Positions 39,555-53,200 of a stretch of 64,000 bases of DNA are shown in pieces; positions within the stretch are counted from its first letter, which is position 1, and each line of letters starts with the position of its first letter. Source of the stretch: Haplodiscus bocki (Eukaryota); assembly GCA_965655095.1 (NCBI GenBank), contig OZ296658.1:88722001-88786000 (forward strand), given 5' to 3'. The notes under the pieces are model-generated. The model was not told where the DNA came from. It did not search any database and saw only the letters and a list, made by a program, of their open reading frames with translations. Both the position numbers and the translations under genes were made by a program.

Positions 39555-42500
39555 GACTAAAGGTAGCTAAATCACTTCAGTCAGTAGTGAAAAATACACA
39601 TGAAAAACCCACGAGAGACTGGTTTTTTAAATCAATGCTTCCAAAAATTGCTTTTCGTTTGGAAATCCATTACAGCTTCGGGGAAAATGGATGATGGGAT
39701 TAAGAAGTTCTCCAGTTTACGGAATAGTTTAATTGATATCACTGATAGAAACCTCACATGAAAGTTTCTTACCCATGTTTGTTATAAACGAAATCCTTTA
39801 GATAATGGTAATTTAGAATTAATGCTGGTCGCGATTACCCCAAACAACACAACTTACATTTCAATCTAGAACTGGCTGATTCTTATGGAAGTGATAGAAG
39901 TTTTGATGAGGATTTTCTTTATTTGCATGATCTTGATCATTAAAAACTTTGAAAAAGCTATAATTGAGGGTTTAAACGGGGACATCAGATCTCATTTTTG
40001 AAGGAGGCCCAGATGTGTAGATCAGTATGCAATCAACATTATGGGCAAGAAGTTTATGCACTCCCTTTACTTTGAGATCCGGTTGAAACTGTTTACACTC
40101 CACCTGGTTTATGTGAGATGACTGACATCGATAAAGCAATTGGAATTGAAGTTTGAACAGATGATTCCTCAAGGAAATGTCTTCGCACAACACATCATTA
40201 TTTAGGGCACACTTTAGGAAAGAATGAAATTTTGGGTTTTACTTTTCATTTTAGAAGCTGTAGAACAATTCGTTTGTGTTTTGGAGTTTGTCTTTGACTA
40301 GTCCAACAGTGATGAGGAAATTGTTATGGAAGCTATAAAAGAGACTGTGCATGGCTAAAAATTAGCTTTCGATTCATTCAGAAGAGAAAAGGAGTTTGTT
40401 GAATTAGCTTTAAAAATTGGTTTTCTTCCAAAGTAAGCTGCTGAACTGGTTAAAAGTGGAATATTAATGCTACTTAAGCTTTAAGACGTAATGTTTTTTT
40501 AGATCACCCTTTGCTTCTGACTTACTGCACAATGATAAGCTGTAAATTAAATTTGTCTGGCTCTAGAATTCGCTCATAGATTTCCGGAGATGGTTAGGAT
40601 GTTGTTTCATAGACCATAATTTTTTTCGTGGTCAAGTGTGTGCTTCTTAGATTATAGGAAATAATGAAGTTCTTGTAAAAGTTGTACGGTCACCCGTGTT
40701 CTTTATCGTTCGCGTCAGGAAAATGCCAAAAATTGTTGAAGAGTCTGAAAAGTATGTGTTGATGTTGGCACAAGCATCAGATATTTTCAAACTCAGAAAT
40801 GCAGTTGTTTTTAGGCAGTTAAAGAACCTAAAAGTCCGGCTATTTGCATGCGAATAATTAAATAATTGGTATAGAAGCTATTGAATATGGTCTCCAAGTT
40901 GGATGTTTGCTAATCTAAACAGTAGCATAAATTGAATTCCAGTGCTGAAATCAAGGATATTAGTCATCGCGAATTCCTTAATGGTAATACTTTTGTTGAA
41001 TCACAAGCAATAAAATTGACTCCGCTTTCCAGTTTAAATTGGTAGAGAAAGGTTATTTTTAACGTGATCAGTTTGGTAGAAAAATAGGTACAACTTCTTT
41101 CCTAATATTTAGGACAACCACTGGTTTGGAACAAAGTTTTTTTTCGATGAGATAGAAACCTAGCTACTAAAAAGGAACCAACAACTCAAAAAAAATACTA
41201 TCCTGAAAGGAAGTGAAATCAGAGATTTGATTTTGCTGAAATTTCTGGAGTTACTATAAATGACGAAAAGGAGTTTAGTTCAAGGAAACGAATTTATTGC
41301 GAATTGAGATCAAATCGAAAAATTGATGTTTAAGGTTGATGCTCTGTTAAGAACAAACTTTCGAAGTGGTTTTCTCGAAGGAAACGCAATTCGATGCTTT
41401 AATGTACAATAGACTAAAGTGCGAAACAGGATATTTGTGGAGACAACTCGTTTCAAAAATATGTTCAATTGTTGTAAATGTTTTTCAAAATTGGTTTCTT
41501 TGCAATTGTTAGCATTAGTAGAATTTTTAGCAGATTGTGATCCATGAAATAACACAACAAGCTAAGTAACATAAAAGAAATACTCATTGAATTAGAATTG
41601 GTTAGTGTGAATACTTTTATGAAATTTGGTCTTGCATTAACAGCATCTGCCTTCAACCAACTTCTAGAACTCACTGGATTTTGTTGTATGAAATTTACCA
41701 TTTAAATTCGTATGGTTGTGCGCAACGAAAAGTATTACTGAATCAACTGCCAAGGGAGCGTGGTGATTGTATTAACCTTTAATACGGAATCCATCAACGA
41801 TAGCTTACTTGCACGTTAGTGTTTATACTCTGGATCTTTTTAACCTTATGAGTTTCAAATATCAGAACAAATGACCATTATTTCAAACTTGCGGAGTAAG
41901 GTTCCTCAGTGAAGCGTTTTCGAGTCTCCTCTTGGACATCTCAAAGGATAACAACCGCTTTCATAGACCCAAAAAGAAATCGATTGAACGAAGCACTACA
42001 GAACTTCAAAATTTTGCAGTTAATTTGTCATGTCTTCGAGATGTGTTGTCTGCGTCACTAACTGCTGGTTGACTGGAAGGTTTTTGAGATGGTAGCTAAA
42101 AACAAAAAGACCCATCTGAATCTTCTTCAATAACAAAAGTGGGTCTCTTCGACTAAAGGTAGCAACATCACCTCAGTTGGTAATAGAAAATAAACATGAA
42201 AAACACTCGAGAGATTGGTTTTTTAAATCAATGATTCCATAAATTGCTTTTCTTTTGGAAATCCGTCACAGCTTGGGGAAGAATGGGTGGTGGGATTAAG
42301 AAGTTCTCCAGGTTACAGAATAGTTTAATTAATACAACTGATAGAAACATCAGATGAAAGTTTCTTAACCCTGTTTATGAACGAAAACCTGTAGATAATG
42401 GTAATTTGGAATTAATGCTGATGGCCAATACCCCAAGCAACATAATTTACAATTCAATCTAGAACTGGCTGATTCTTATGAAAGTGATAGGAGTATTGAT

Positions 42501-45500
42501 GAGGATTTTCTTCATTTGCATGATCTTGATCATTAAAAACTTTGAAAAAGCTATAATTGAGGGTTTAAACGGGGACATCAGATCTCATTTTTGAAGGAGG
42601 CCCAGATGTGTAGATCACTATGCAATCAACATTATGGGCAAGAAGTTTATGCACACCCTTTACTTTGATCCGGTTGAAACTGTTTACACTCCACCTGGTT
42701 TATGTGAGATGACTGACATCGATAAAGCAATTGGAATTGAAGTTTGATCAGATGATTTCTCAAGGAAATGTGTTCGCACAACACATCATTATTTAGTGTA
42801 CACTTTAGGAAAGAATGAAGTTTTGGGTTTTACTTTTCAATTTAGAAGCTGTAGAACAATTCGTTTGTGTCTTTGACTAGTCGAACAGTGATGAGGAAAT
42901 TGTTATGGAAGCTATAAAAAAGATTGTGCATGACTAGAAATTAGCTTTCGATTCATTCAAAAGAGAAAAGGAGTTTGTTGAATAAGCTCTAAAAAATGGT
43001 TTTCTTCCCACGTAAGCTGCTGAATTGGTTAAAAGTAGAATATTGTTGTTACTTAAGGTTTAAGACCTAATGTTTTTTAGATCAGTCTTCGCTTCTGACT
43101 CACTGCACAATGATAAGCTGTGAAATAAATTCGTCTAGCTTTAGATTTCGCTCATAGAATTCCGGAGATGGTTTGATGTTGTTTCATAGACCATAATTTT
43201 TTTTCGTGGTCAAGTTTGTGCTCCTTAGAAATTAGGAAATAGTGAAGTTCTTGTAAAAGCTGTAAAGTCACCCGTGTTCTTTATGTTTCGCGTCAGAAAA
43301 ATGCTAAAAATTGTTGAAGAATCTGTAGAAAAGTATGGGTTGATGTTGGCACAAGCATCAGATAATTTCATACTCGAAAATGCAGTTGTTTTTAGGCAGT
43401 TAAAGAACCTAAAAGTCCGGCTATTTGCATGCGAATAATTAAATAATTGGTATAGAAGCTATTGAATATGGTCTCCAAGTTGGATGTTTGCTAATCTAAA
43501 CAGTAGCATAAATTGAATTCCAGTGCTGAAATCAAGGATATTAGTCATCGCGAATTCCTTAATGGTAATACTTTTGTTGTATCACAAGCAATAAAATTGA
43601 CTCCGCTTTCCAGTTTACATTGGTAGAGAAAGGTTATTTTTAACGTGATCAGTTTGGTAGAAAAATAGGTGCAACTTCTTTCCTAATATTTAGGACAACC
43701 ACTGGTTTGGAACAAACAGTTTTTTCGATGAGATAGAAACCTAGCTACTAAAAAGGAACCAACAACTCAAAAAAAATACTATCCTGAAAGGAAGTGAAAT
43801 CAGAGATTTGATTTTGCTGAAATTTCTGGAGTTACTATAAATGACGAAAGGGAGTTTAGTTCAAGGAAACGAATTTATTGCGAATTGAGATCAAATCGAA
43901 AAATTGATGTTTAAGGTTGATGCTCTGTTAAGAACAAACTTTCGAAGTGGTTTTCCCGAAGGAAACTCAATTCGATGCTTTAATGTACAATAGACTAAAG
44001 TGCGAAACAGGATATTTGTGGAGACAACTCGTTTCAAAAATATGTTCAATTGTTGTAAATGTTTTTCAAAATTGGTTTCTTTGCAATTGTTAGCATTAGT
44101 AGAATTTTTAGCAAATTATGATCCACGAAATAACACAACAAGCAAAGTAATTTACAAGAAATACTCATTAAATTAGAATAGGTTAGTGTGAATTCTTTTA
44201 TGAAAGTTGGTCTTGTATTAACACCATCTGCCTTCAACCAACTTCTGGAACTCACTGGTTTTTTTTTGTATGAGAATTACCTTTTAAATTCGTATGGTTG
44301 TGCGCAACGAAAAGTATTACTGAATCAACTGCCAAGGGTGCTTGGTGATTGTACTTACATATAATACCGAATCGAACAACACAAGCGTACTTGCACGTTA
44401 GTGTTTGTGTATTCTGTATCTTTTTAAACTTATGATTTTCAAATGTCAAAACAAATGACCAATGTTTCAAACTTGTGGAGTTGGGTTGCTCAGCGATGCT
44501 TTTTCAAGTCTTCTATTGGACGTCTCAAAGGATAACAACCTTTTTCATGGAGTGAAATAGAAATCAATTGAACGAAGCACTACAGTAGAACTGTAAAGAT
44601 TTGCAGTTAATTCATCTTCTGTGCGAGATGTGTTGACTGCACTGCGTCAATAACTGCTGGTTGACTGGAAGATTTTAGAGTTGTTTGCTAAAAGTAAATA
44701 GACCGATCTGAATCTACTTCAATAATGAAAGTCAGTCTCTTCGACTAAAGGTAGCTAAATCACTTCAGTCAGTAATGAAAAATACACATGAAAAACCCAC
44801 GAGAGACTGGTTTTTTAAATCAATGCTTCCAAAAATTGCTTTTCGTTTGGAAATCCATTACAGCTTCGGGGAAAATGGATGATGGGATTAAGAAGTTCTC
44901 CAGTTTACGGAATAGTTTAATTGATATCACTGATAGAAACCTCACATGAAAGTTTCTTACCCATGTTTGTTATAAACGAAATCCTTTAGATAATGGTAAT
45001 TTAGAATTAATGCTGGTCGCGATTACCCCAAACAACACAACTTACATTTCAATCTAGAACTGGCTGATTCTTATGGAAGTGATAGAAGTTTTGATGAGGA
45101 TTTTCTTTATTTGCATGATCTTGATCATTAAAAACTTTGAAAAAGCTATAATTGAGGGTTTAAACGGGGACATCAGATCTCATTTTTGAAGGAGGCCCAG
45201 ATGTGTAGATCAGTATGCAATCAACATTATGGGCAAGAAGTTTATGCACTCCCTTTACTTTGAGATCCGGTTGAAACTGTTTACACTCCACCTGGTTTAT
45301 GTGAGATGACTGACATCGATAAAGCAATTGGAATTGAAGTTTGAACAGATGATTCCTCAAGGAAATGTCTTCGCACAACACATCATTATTTAGGGTACAC
45401 TTTAGGAAAGAATGAAATTTTGGGTTTTACTTTTCATTTTAGAAGCTGTAGAACAATTCGTTTGTGTTTTGGAGTTTGTGTTTGACTAGTCCAACAGTGA

Positions 45501-48500
45501 TGAGGAAATTGTTATGGAAGCTATAAAAGAGACTGTGCATGGCTAAAAATTAGCTTTCGATTCATTCAGAAGAGAAAAGGAGTTTGTTGAATTAGCTTTA
45601 AAAATTGGTTTTCTTCCAAAGTAAGCTGCTGAACTGGTTAAAAGTGGAATATTAATGCTACTTAAGCTTTAAGACGTAATGTTTTTTTAGATCACCCTTC
45701 GCATCTCCGCTTCTGACTTATTGCACAATGTCTAGCTGTAAATTAAATTTGTCTGGCTCTAGATTTCGCTCATAGACATCCGGAGATGGTTAAGATGTTG
45801 TTTCATAGGCCATAAATATTTTTCATGGTCAAGTGTGTGCTTCTTAGATTATAGGAAATAATGAAGTTCTTGTAAAAGTTGTAAAGTCACCCGTGTTCTT
45901 TATCGTTCGCGTCAGGAAAATGCCAAAAATTGTTGAAGAGTCTGAAAAGTATGTGTTGATGTTGGCACAAGCATCAGATATTTTCAAACTCGGAAATGCA
46001 GTTGTTTTTAGGCAGTTAAAGAACCTAGAATTCCGTTTATCTGCATGCGAATAATTAAATATTGGGTATAGAAGCTGTTGAATATGGTCTCCAAGTTGGA
46101 TGTTTCCTAATCTAAACCGTAGCATTAAATGAATTCCATTGCTGAAATCAAAGAATTTAGTCATCGCGAATTCTTTAATGGTAATACTTTTGTTGAATCA
46201 CAAGCAATAAATTTGACTCCGCTTTCTAGTTAACATTGTTGGAGAAAAGCTATTTTTAACGTGAGCAGTTCGGTAGAAAAATAGGTACAACTTCTCTCTT
46301 AATTTTTAGGACAACCACCGGTTTGGAACAAACAGTTTTTTTCGATGAGATAGGAACCTAGCTACCAAAAAGGAACCAACAACTCAAAAAAATTACTATC
46401 CTGAAAGGAACTGAAATCAGAGATTTGATTTTGCTGAACTTTCTGGAGTTACTATAATTGACGAAAAGGAGTTTACTTCAAGGAAACGAATTTATTGCGA
46501 ATTGAGATCAAATCGAGAAGTTGATGTTTAAGTTTGATGCTCTGTTAAAAACAAACTTTCAAAGTGGTTTTCCTGAAGGAAACTTAATTCGATGCTTTAA
46601 TGTACAATAGACTAAAGTGCGAAACAGCATATTTGTGGAGACAAATCGTTTCGGAAATGATGTTCAAGTGCTGTAATTTTTTTCAAAATTGGATTTCTCT
46701 GCAATTGTTAGCATTACTAGACTTTTTAGCAAATTATGATCCACGAAATAACACAACAAGCAAAGTAATTTACAAGAAATACTCATTAAATTAGAATAGG
46801 TTAGTGTGAATTCTTTTATGAAAGTTGGTCTTGTATTAACACCATCTGCCTTCAACCAACTTCTGGAACTCACTGGTTTTTTTTTGTATGAGAATTACCT
46901 TTTAAATTCGTATGGTTGTGCGCAACGAAAAGTATTACTGAATCAACTGCCAAGGGTGCTTGGTGATTGTACTTACATATAATACCGAATCGAACAACAC
47001 AAGCGTACTTGCACGTTAGTGTTTGTGTATTCTGTATCTTTTTAAACTTATGATTTTCAAATGTCAAAACAAATGACCAATGTTTCAAACTTGTGGAGTT
47101 GGGTTGCTCAGCGATGCTTTTTCAAGTCTTCTATTGGACGTCTCAAAGGATAACAACCTTTTTCATGGAGTGAAATAGAAATCAATTGAACGAAGCACTA
47201 CAGTAGAACTGTAAAGATTTGCAGTTAATTCATCTTCTGTGCGAGATGTGTTGACTGCACTGCGTCAATAACTGCTGGTTGACTGGAAGATTTTAGAGTT
47301 GTTTGCTAAAAGTAAATAGACCGATCTGAATCTACTTCAATAATGAAAGTCAGTCTCTTCGACTAAAGGTAGCTAAATCACTTCAGTCAGTAATGAAAAA
47401 TACACATGAAAAACCCACGAGAGACTGGTTTTTTAAATCAATGCTTCCAAAAATTGCTTTTCGTTTGGAAATCCATTACAGCTTCGGGGAAAATGGATGA
47501 TGGGATTAAGAAGTTCTCCAGTTTACGGAATAGTTTAATTGATATCACTGATAGAAACCTCACATGAAAGTTTCTTACCCATGTTTGTTATAAACGAAAT
47601 CCTTTAGATAATGGTAATTTAGAATTAATGCTGGTCGCGATTACCCCAAACAACACAACTTACATTTCAATCTAGAACTGGCTGATTCTTATGGAAGTGA
47701 TAGAAGTTTTGATGAGGATTTTCTTTATTTGCATGATCTTGATCATTAAAAACTTTGAAAAAGCTATAATTGAGGGTTTAAACGGGGACATCAGATCTCA
47801 TTTTTGAAGGAGGCCCAGATGTGTAGATCAGTATGCAATCAACATTATGGGCAAGAAGTTTATGCACTCCCTTTACTTTGAGATCCGGTTGAAACTGTTT
47901 ACACTCCACCTGGTTTATGCGAGATGACTGACATCGATAAAGCAATTGGAATTGAAGTTTGAACAGATGATTCCTCAAGGAAATGTCTTCGCACAACACA
48001 TCATTATTTAGGGTACACTTTAGGAAAGAATGAAATTTTGGGTTTTACTTTTCATTTTAGAAGCTGTAGAACAATTCGTTTGTGTTTTGGAGTTTGTGTT
48101 TGACTAGTCCAACAGTGATGAGGAAATTGTTATGGAAGCTATAAAAGAGACTGTGCATGGCTAAAAATTAGCTTTCGATTCATTCAGAAGAGAAAAGGAG
48201 TTTGTTGAATTAGCTTTAAAATTTGGTTTTCTTCCAAAGTAAGCTGCTGAACTAGTTAAAAGTGGAATATTAATGCTACTTAAGCTTTAAGACGTAATGT
48301 TTTTTTAGATCACCCTTTGCTTCTGACTTACTGCACAATGATAAGCTGTAAATTAAATTTGTCTGGCTCTAGAATTCGCTCATAGATTTCCGGAGATGGT
48401 TAGGATGTTGTTTCATAGACCATAATTTTTTTCGTGGTCAAGTGTGTGCTTCTTAGATTATAGGAAATAATGAAGTTCTTGTAAAAGTTGTAAAGTCACC

Positions 48501-50270
48501 CGTGTTCTTTATCGTTCGCGTCAGGAAAATGCCAAAAATTGTTGAAGAGTCTGAAAAGTATGTGTTGATGTTGGCACAAGCATCAGATATTTTCAAACTC
48601 AGAAATGCAGTTGTTTTTAGGCAGTTAAAGAACCTAAAAGTCCGGCTATTTGCATGCGAATAATTAAATAATTGGTATAGAAGCTATTGAATATGGTCTC
48701 CAAGTTGGATGTTTGCTAATCTAAACAGTAGCATAAATTGAATTCCAGTGCTGAAATCAAGGATATTAGTCATCGCGAATTCCTTAATGGTAATACTTTT
48801 GTTGAATCACAAGCAATAAAATTGACTCCGCTTTCCAGTTTACATTGGTAGAGAAAGGTTATTTTTAACGTGATCAGTTTGGTAGAAAAATAGGTACAAC
48901 TTCTTTCCTAATATTTAGGACAACCACTGGTTTGGAACAAAGTTTTTTTTCGATGAGATAGAAACCTAGCTACTAAAAAGGAACCAACAACTCAAAAAAA
49001 ATGCTATCCTGAAAGGAAGTGAAATCAGAGATTTGATTTTGCTGAAATTTCTGGAGTTAATATAAATGACGAAAGGGAGTTTAGTTCAAGGAAACGAATT
49101 TATTGCGAACTGAGATCAAATCGAAAAATTGATGTTTAAGGTTGATGCTCTGTTAAGAACAAACTTTCGAAGTGGTTTTCCCGAAGGAAACGCAATTCGA
49201 TGCTTTAATGTACAATAGACTAAAGTGCGAAACAGGATATTTGTGGAGACAACTCGTTTCAAAAATATGTTCAATTGTTGTAAATGTTTTTCAAAATTGG
49301 TTTCTTTGCAATTGTTAGCATTAGTAGAATTTTTAGCAGATTGTGATCCATGAAATAACACAACAAGCAAAGTAACATAAAAGAAATACTCATTGAATTA
49401 GAATTGGTTAGTGTGAATACTTTTATGAAGTTTGGTCTTGCATTAACAGCATCTGCCTTCAACCAACTTCTAGAACTCACTGGATTTTGTTGTATGAAAT
49501 TTACCATTTAAATTCGTATGGTTGTGCGCAACGAAAAGTATTACTGAATCAACTGCCAAGGGAGCGTGGTGATTGTATTAATCTTTAATACGGAATCCAT
49601 CAACGATAGCTTACTTGCACGTTAGTGTTTGTATTCTGGATCTTTTTAACCTTATGAGTTTCAAATATCAGAACAAATGACCATTATTTCAAACTTGCGG
49701 AGTAAGGTTCCTCAGTGAAGCGTTTTCGAGTCTCCTCTTGGACATCTCAAAGGATAACAACCGCTTTCATAGACCCAAATAGAAATCGATTGAACGAAGC
49801 ACTACAGAACTTCAAAATTTTGCAGTTAATTTGTCATGTCTTCGAGATGTGTTGTCTGCGTCACTAACTGCTGGTTGACTGGAAGGTTTTTGAGATGGTA
49901 GCTAAAAACAAAAAGACCCATCTGAATCTTCTTCAATAACAAAAGTGGGTCTCTTCGACTAAAGGTAGCAACATCACCTCAGTTGGTAATAGAAAATAAA
50001 CATGAAAAACACTCGAGAGATTGGTTTTTTAAATCAATGATTCCATAAATTGCTTTTCTTTTGGAAATCCGTCACAGCTTGGGGAAGAATGGGTGGTGGG
50101 ATTAAGAAGTTCTCCAGGTTACAGAATAGTTTAATTAATACAACTGATAGAAACATCAGATGAAAGTTTCTTAACCCTGTTTATGAACGAAAACCTGTAG
50201 ATAATGGTAATTTGGAATTAATGCTGATGGCCAATACCCCAAGCAACATAATTTACAATTCAATCTAGAA
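39555..50270 (+). repeat. 3-unit higher-order duplication, period 7,806 bp
   Basis: Unit starts 39555->47361 and 42151->49957, and ORFs 39972->47778, 41310->49116 and 41465->49271, are all offset by 7806. Shared private variants GGAACAAAGTTTT, AACCGCTTTCAT and GGAAGGTTTTTGAG. Confidence 0.85.
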
Positions 50271-53200
50271 ATGGCTAATTCTTATGGAAGTGATAGGAGT
50301 ATTGATGAGGATTTTCTTTATTTGCATGATCTTGATCATTAAAAACTTTGAAAAAGCTATAATTGAGGGTTTAAACGGGGACATCAGATCTCATTTTTGA
50401 AGGAGGCCCAGATGTGTAGATCAGTATGCAATCAACATTATGGGCAAGAAGTTTATGCACTCCCTTTACTTTGAGATCCGGTTGAAACTGTTTACACTCC
50501 ACCTGGTTTATGTGAGATGACTGACATCGATAAAGCAATTGGAATTGAAATTTGAACAGATGATTCCTCAAGGAAATGTCTTCGCACAACACATCATTAT
50601 TTAGGGTACACTTTAGGAAAGAATGAAATTTTGGGTTTTACTTTTCATTTTAGAAGCTGTAGAACAATTCGTTTGTGTTTTGGAGTTTGTGTTTGACTAG
50701 TCCAACAGTGATGAGGAAATTGTTATGGAAGCTATAAAAGAGACTGTGCATGGCTAAAAATTAGCTTTCGATTCATTCAGAAGAGAAAAGGAGTTTGTTG
50801 AATTAGCTTTAAAAATTGGTTTTCTTCCAAAGTAAGCTGCTGAACTGGTTAAAAGTGGAATATTAATGCTACTTAAGCTTTAAGACGTAATGTTTTTTTA
50901 GATCACCCTTTGCTTCTGACTTACTGCACAATGATAAGCTGTAAATTAAATTTGTCTGGCTCTAGAATTCGCTCATAGATTTCCGGAGATGGTTAGGATG
51001 TTGTTTCATAGACCATAATTTTTTTCGTGGTCAAGTGTGTGCTTCTTAGATTATAGGAAATAATGAAGTTCTTGTAAAAGTTGTAAAGTCACCCGTGTTC
51101 TTTATCGTTCGCGTCAGGAAAATGCCAAAAATTGTTGAAGAGTCTGAAAAGTATGTGTTGATGTTGGCACAAGCATCAGATATTTTCAAACTCGGAAATG
51201 CAGTTGTTTTTAGGCAGTTAAAGAACCTAAAAGTCCGGCTATTTGCATGCGAATAATTAAATATTTGGTATAGAAGCTGTTGAATATGGTCTCCAAGTTG
51301 GATGTTTTCTGATCTAAACCGTAGAATTAAATGAATTCCATTGCCGAAATCAAAGAATTTAGTCATCGCGAATTCTTTAATGGTAATACTTTTGTTGAAT
51401 CACAAGCAATAAATTTGACTCCGCTTTCTAGTTAACATTGTTGGAGAAAAGCTATTTTTAACGTGAGCAGTTCGGTAGAAAAATGGGTACAACTTCTCTC
51501 TTAATTTTTAGGACAACCACCGGTTTGGAACAAACAGTTTTTTTCGATGAGATAGGAACCTAGCTACCAAAAAGGAACCAACAACTCAAAAAAATTACTA
51601 TCCTGAAAGCAACTTAAATCAGAGATTTGATTTTGCTGAAGTTTCTGGAGTTACTATAAATGACGAAAGGGAGTTTAGTTCAAGGAAACGAATTTATTGC
51701 GAATTGAGATCAAATCGAAAAGTTGATGTTTAAGGTTGATGCTCTGTTAAAAACAAACTTTCAAAGTGGTTTTCCTGAAGGAAACTTAATTCGATGCTTT
51801 AATGTACAATAGACTAAAGTGCGAAACAGCATATTTGTGGAGACAAATCGTTTCGGAAATGATGTTCAAGTGCTGTAATTTTTTTCAAAATTGGATTTCT
51901 TTGCAATTGTTAGCATTACTAGACTTTTTAGCAAATTATGATCCACGAAATAACACAACAAGCAAAGTAATTTACAAGAAATACTCATTAAATTAGAATA
52001 GGTTAGTGTGAATTCTTTTATGAAAGTTGGTCTTGTATTAACACCATCTGCCTTCAACCAACTTCTGGAACTCACTGGTTTTTTTTTGTATGAGAATTAC
52101 CTTTTAAATTCGTATGGTTGTGCGCAACGAAAAGTATTACTGAATCAACTGCCAAGGGTGCTTGGTGATTGTACTTACATATAATACCGAATCGAACAAC
52201 ACAAGCTTACTTGCACGTTAGTGTTTGTGTATTCTGTATCTTTTTAAACTTATGATTTTCAAATGTCAAAACAAATGACCAATGTTTCAAACTTGTGGAG
52301 TTGGGTTGCTCAGCGATGCTTTTTCAAGTCTTCTATTGGACGTCTCAAAGGATAACAACCTTTTTCATGGAGTGAAATAGAAATCAATTGAACGAAGCAC
52401 TACAGTAGAACTGTAAAGATTTGCAGTTAATTCATCTTCTGTGCGAGATGTGTTGACTGCACTGCGTCAATAACTGCTGGTTGACTGGAAGATTTTAGAG
52501 TTGTTTGCTAAAAGTAAATAGACCGATCTGAATCTACTTCAATAATGAAAGTCAGTCTCTTCGACTAAAGGTAGCTAAATCACTTCAGTCAGTAATGAAA
52601 AATACACATGAAAAACCCACGAGAGACTGGTTTTTTGAATCAATGCTTCCAAAAATTGCTTTTCGTTTGGAAATCCATTACAGCTTCGGGGAAAATGGAT
52701 GGTGGGATTACGAAGTTCTCCAGTTTACAGAATAGTTTAATTGATATCACTGATAGAAACCTCACATGAAAGTTTCTTACCCATGTTTGTTATAAACGAA
52801 AACCTTTAGATAATTGTAATTTAGAATTAATGCTGGTCGCGATTACCCCAAACAACACAACTTACATTTCAATCTAGAACCGGCTGATTCTTATGGAAGT
52901 GATGGAAGTATTGGCCTGGATTTTCATTATTTGCATGATCTTGATCATCAAAAACATAGAAAAAGCTATAATTGAGGGTTTAAAGGAAGAGATCGGTTCT
53001 CATTTTTTTGAAGGAGACCCAGATGTGTAGATCAGTATGCAATCAACAACATGGGTAAAAAGTTTATGCGCTCCTTTTGGTTTGATCCGGTTTAAATTAT
53101 CATCACTCCACCTGGTTTATGTGAAATGACTGACATCGATAAAGCAATTGGAATTGAAGTTTGATCAGATGATTTCTCAAGGAAATGTGTTCGCACAACA

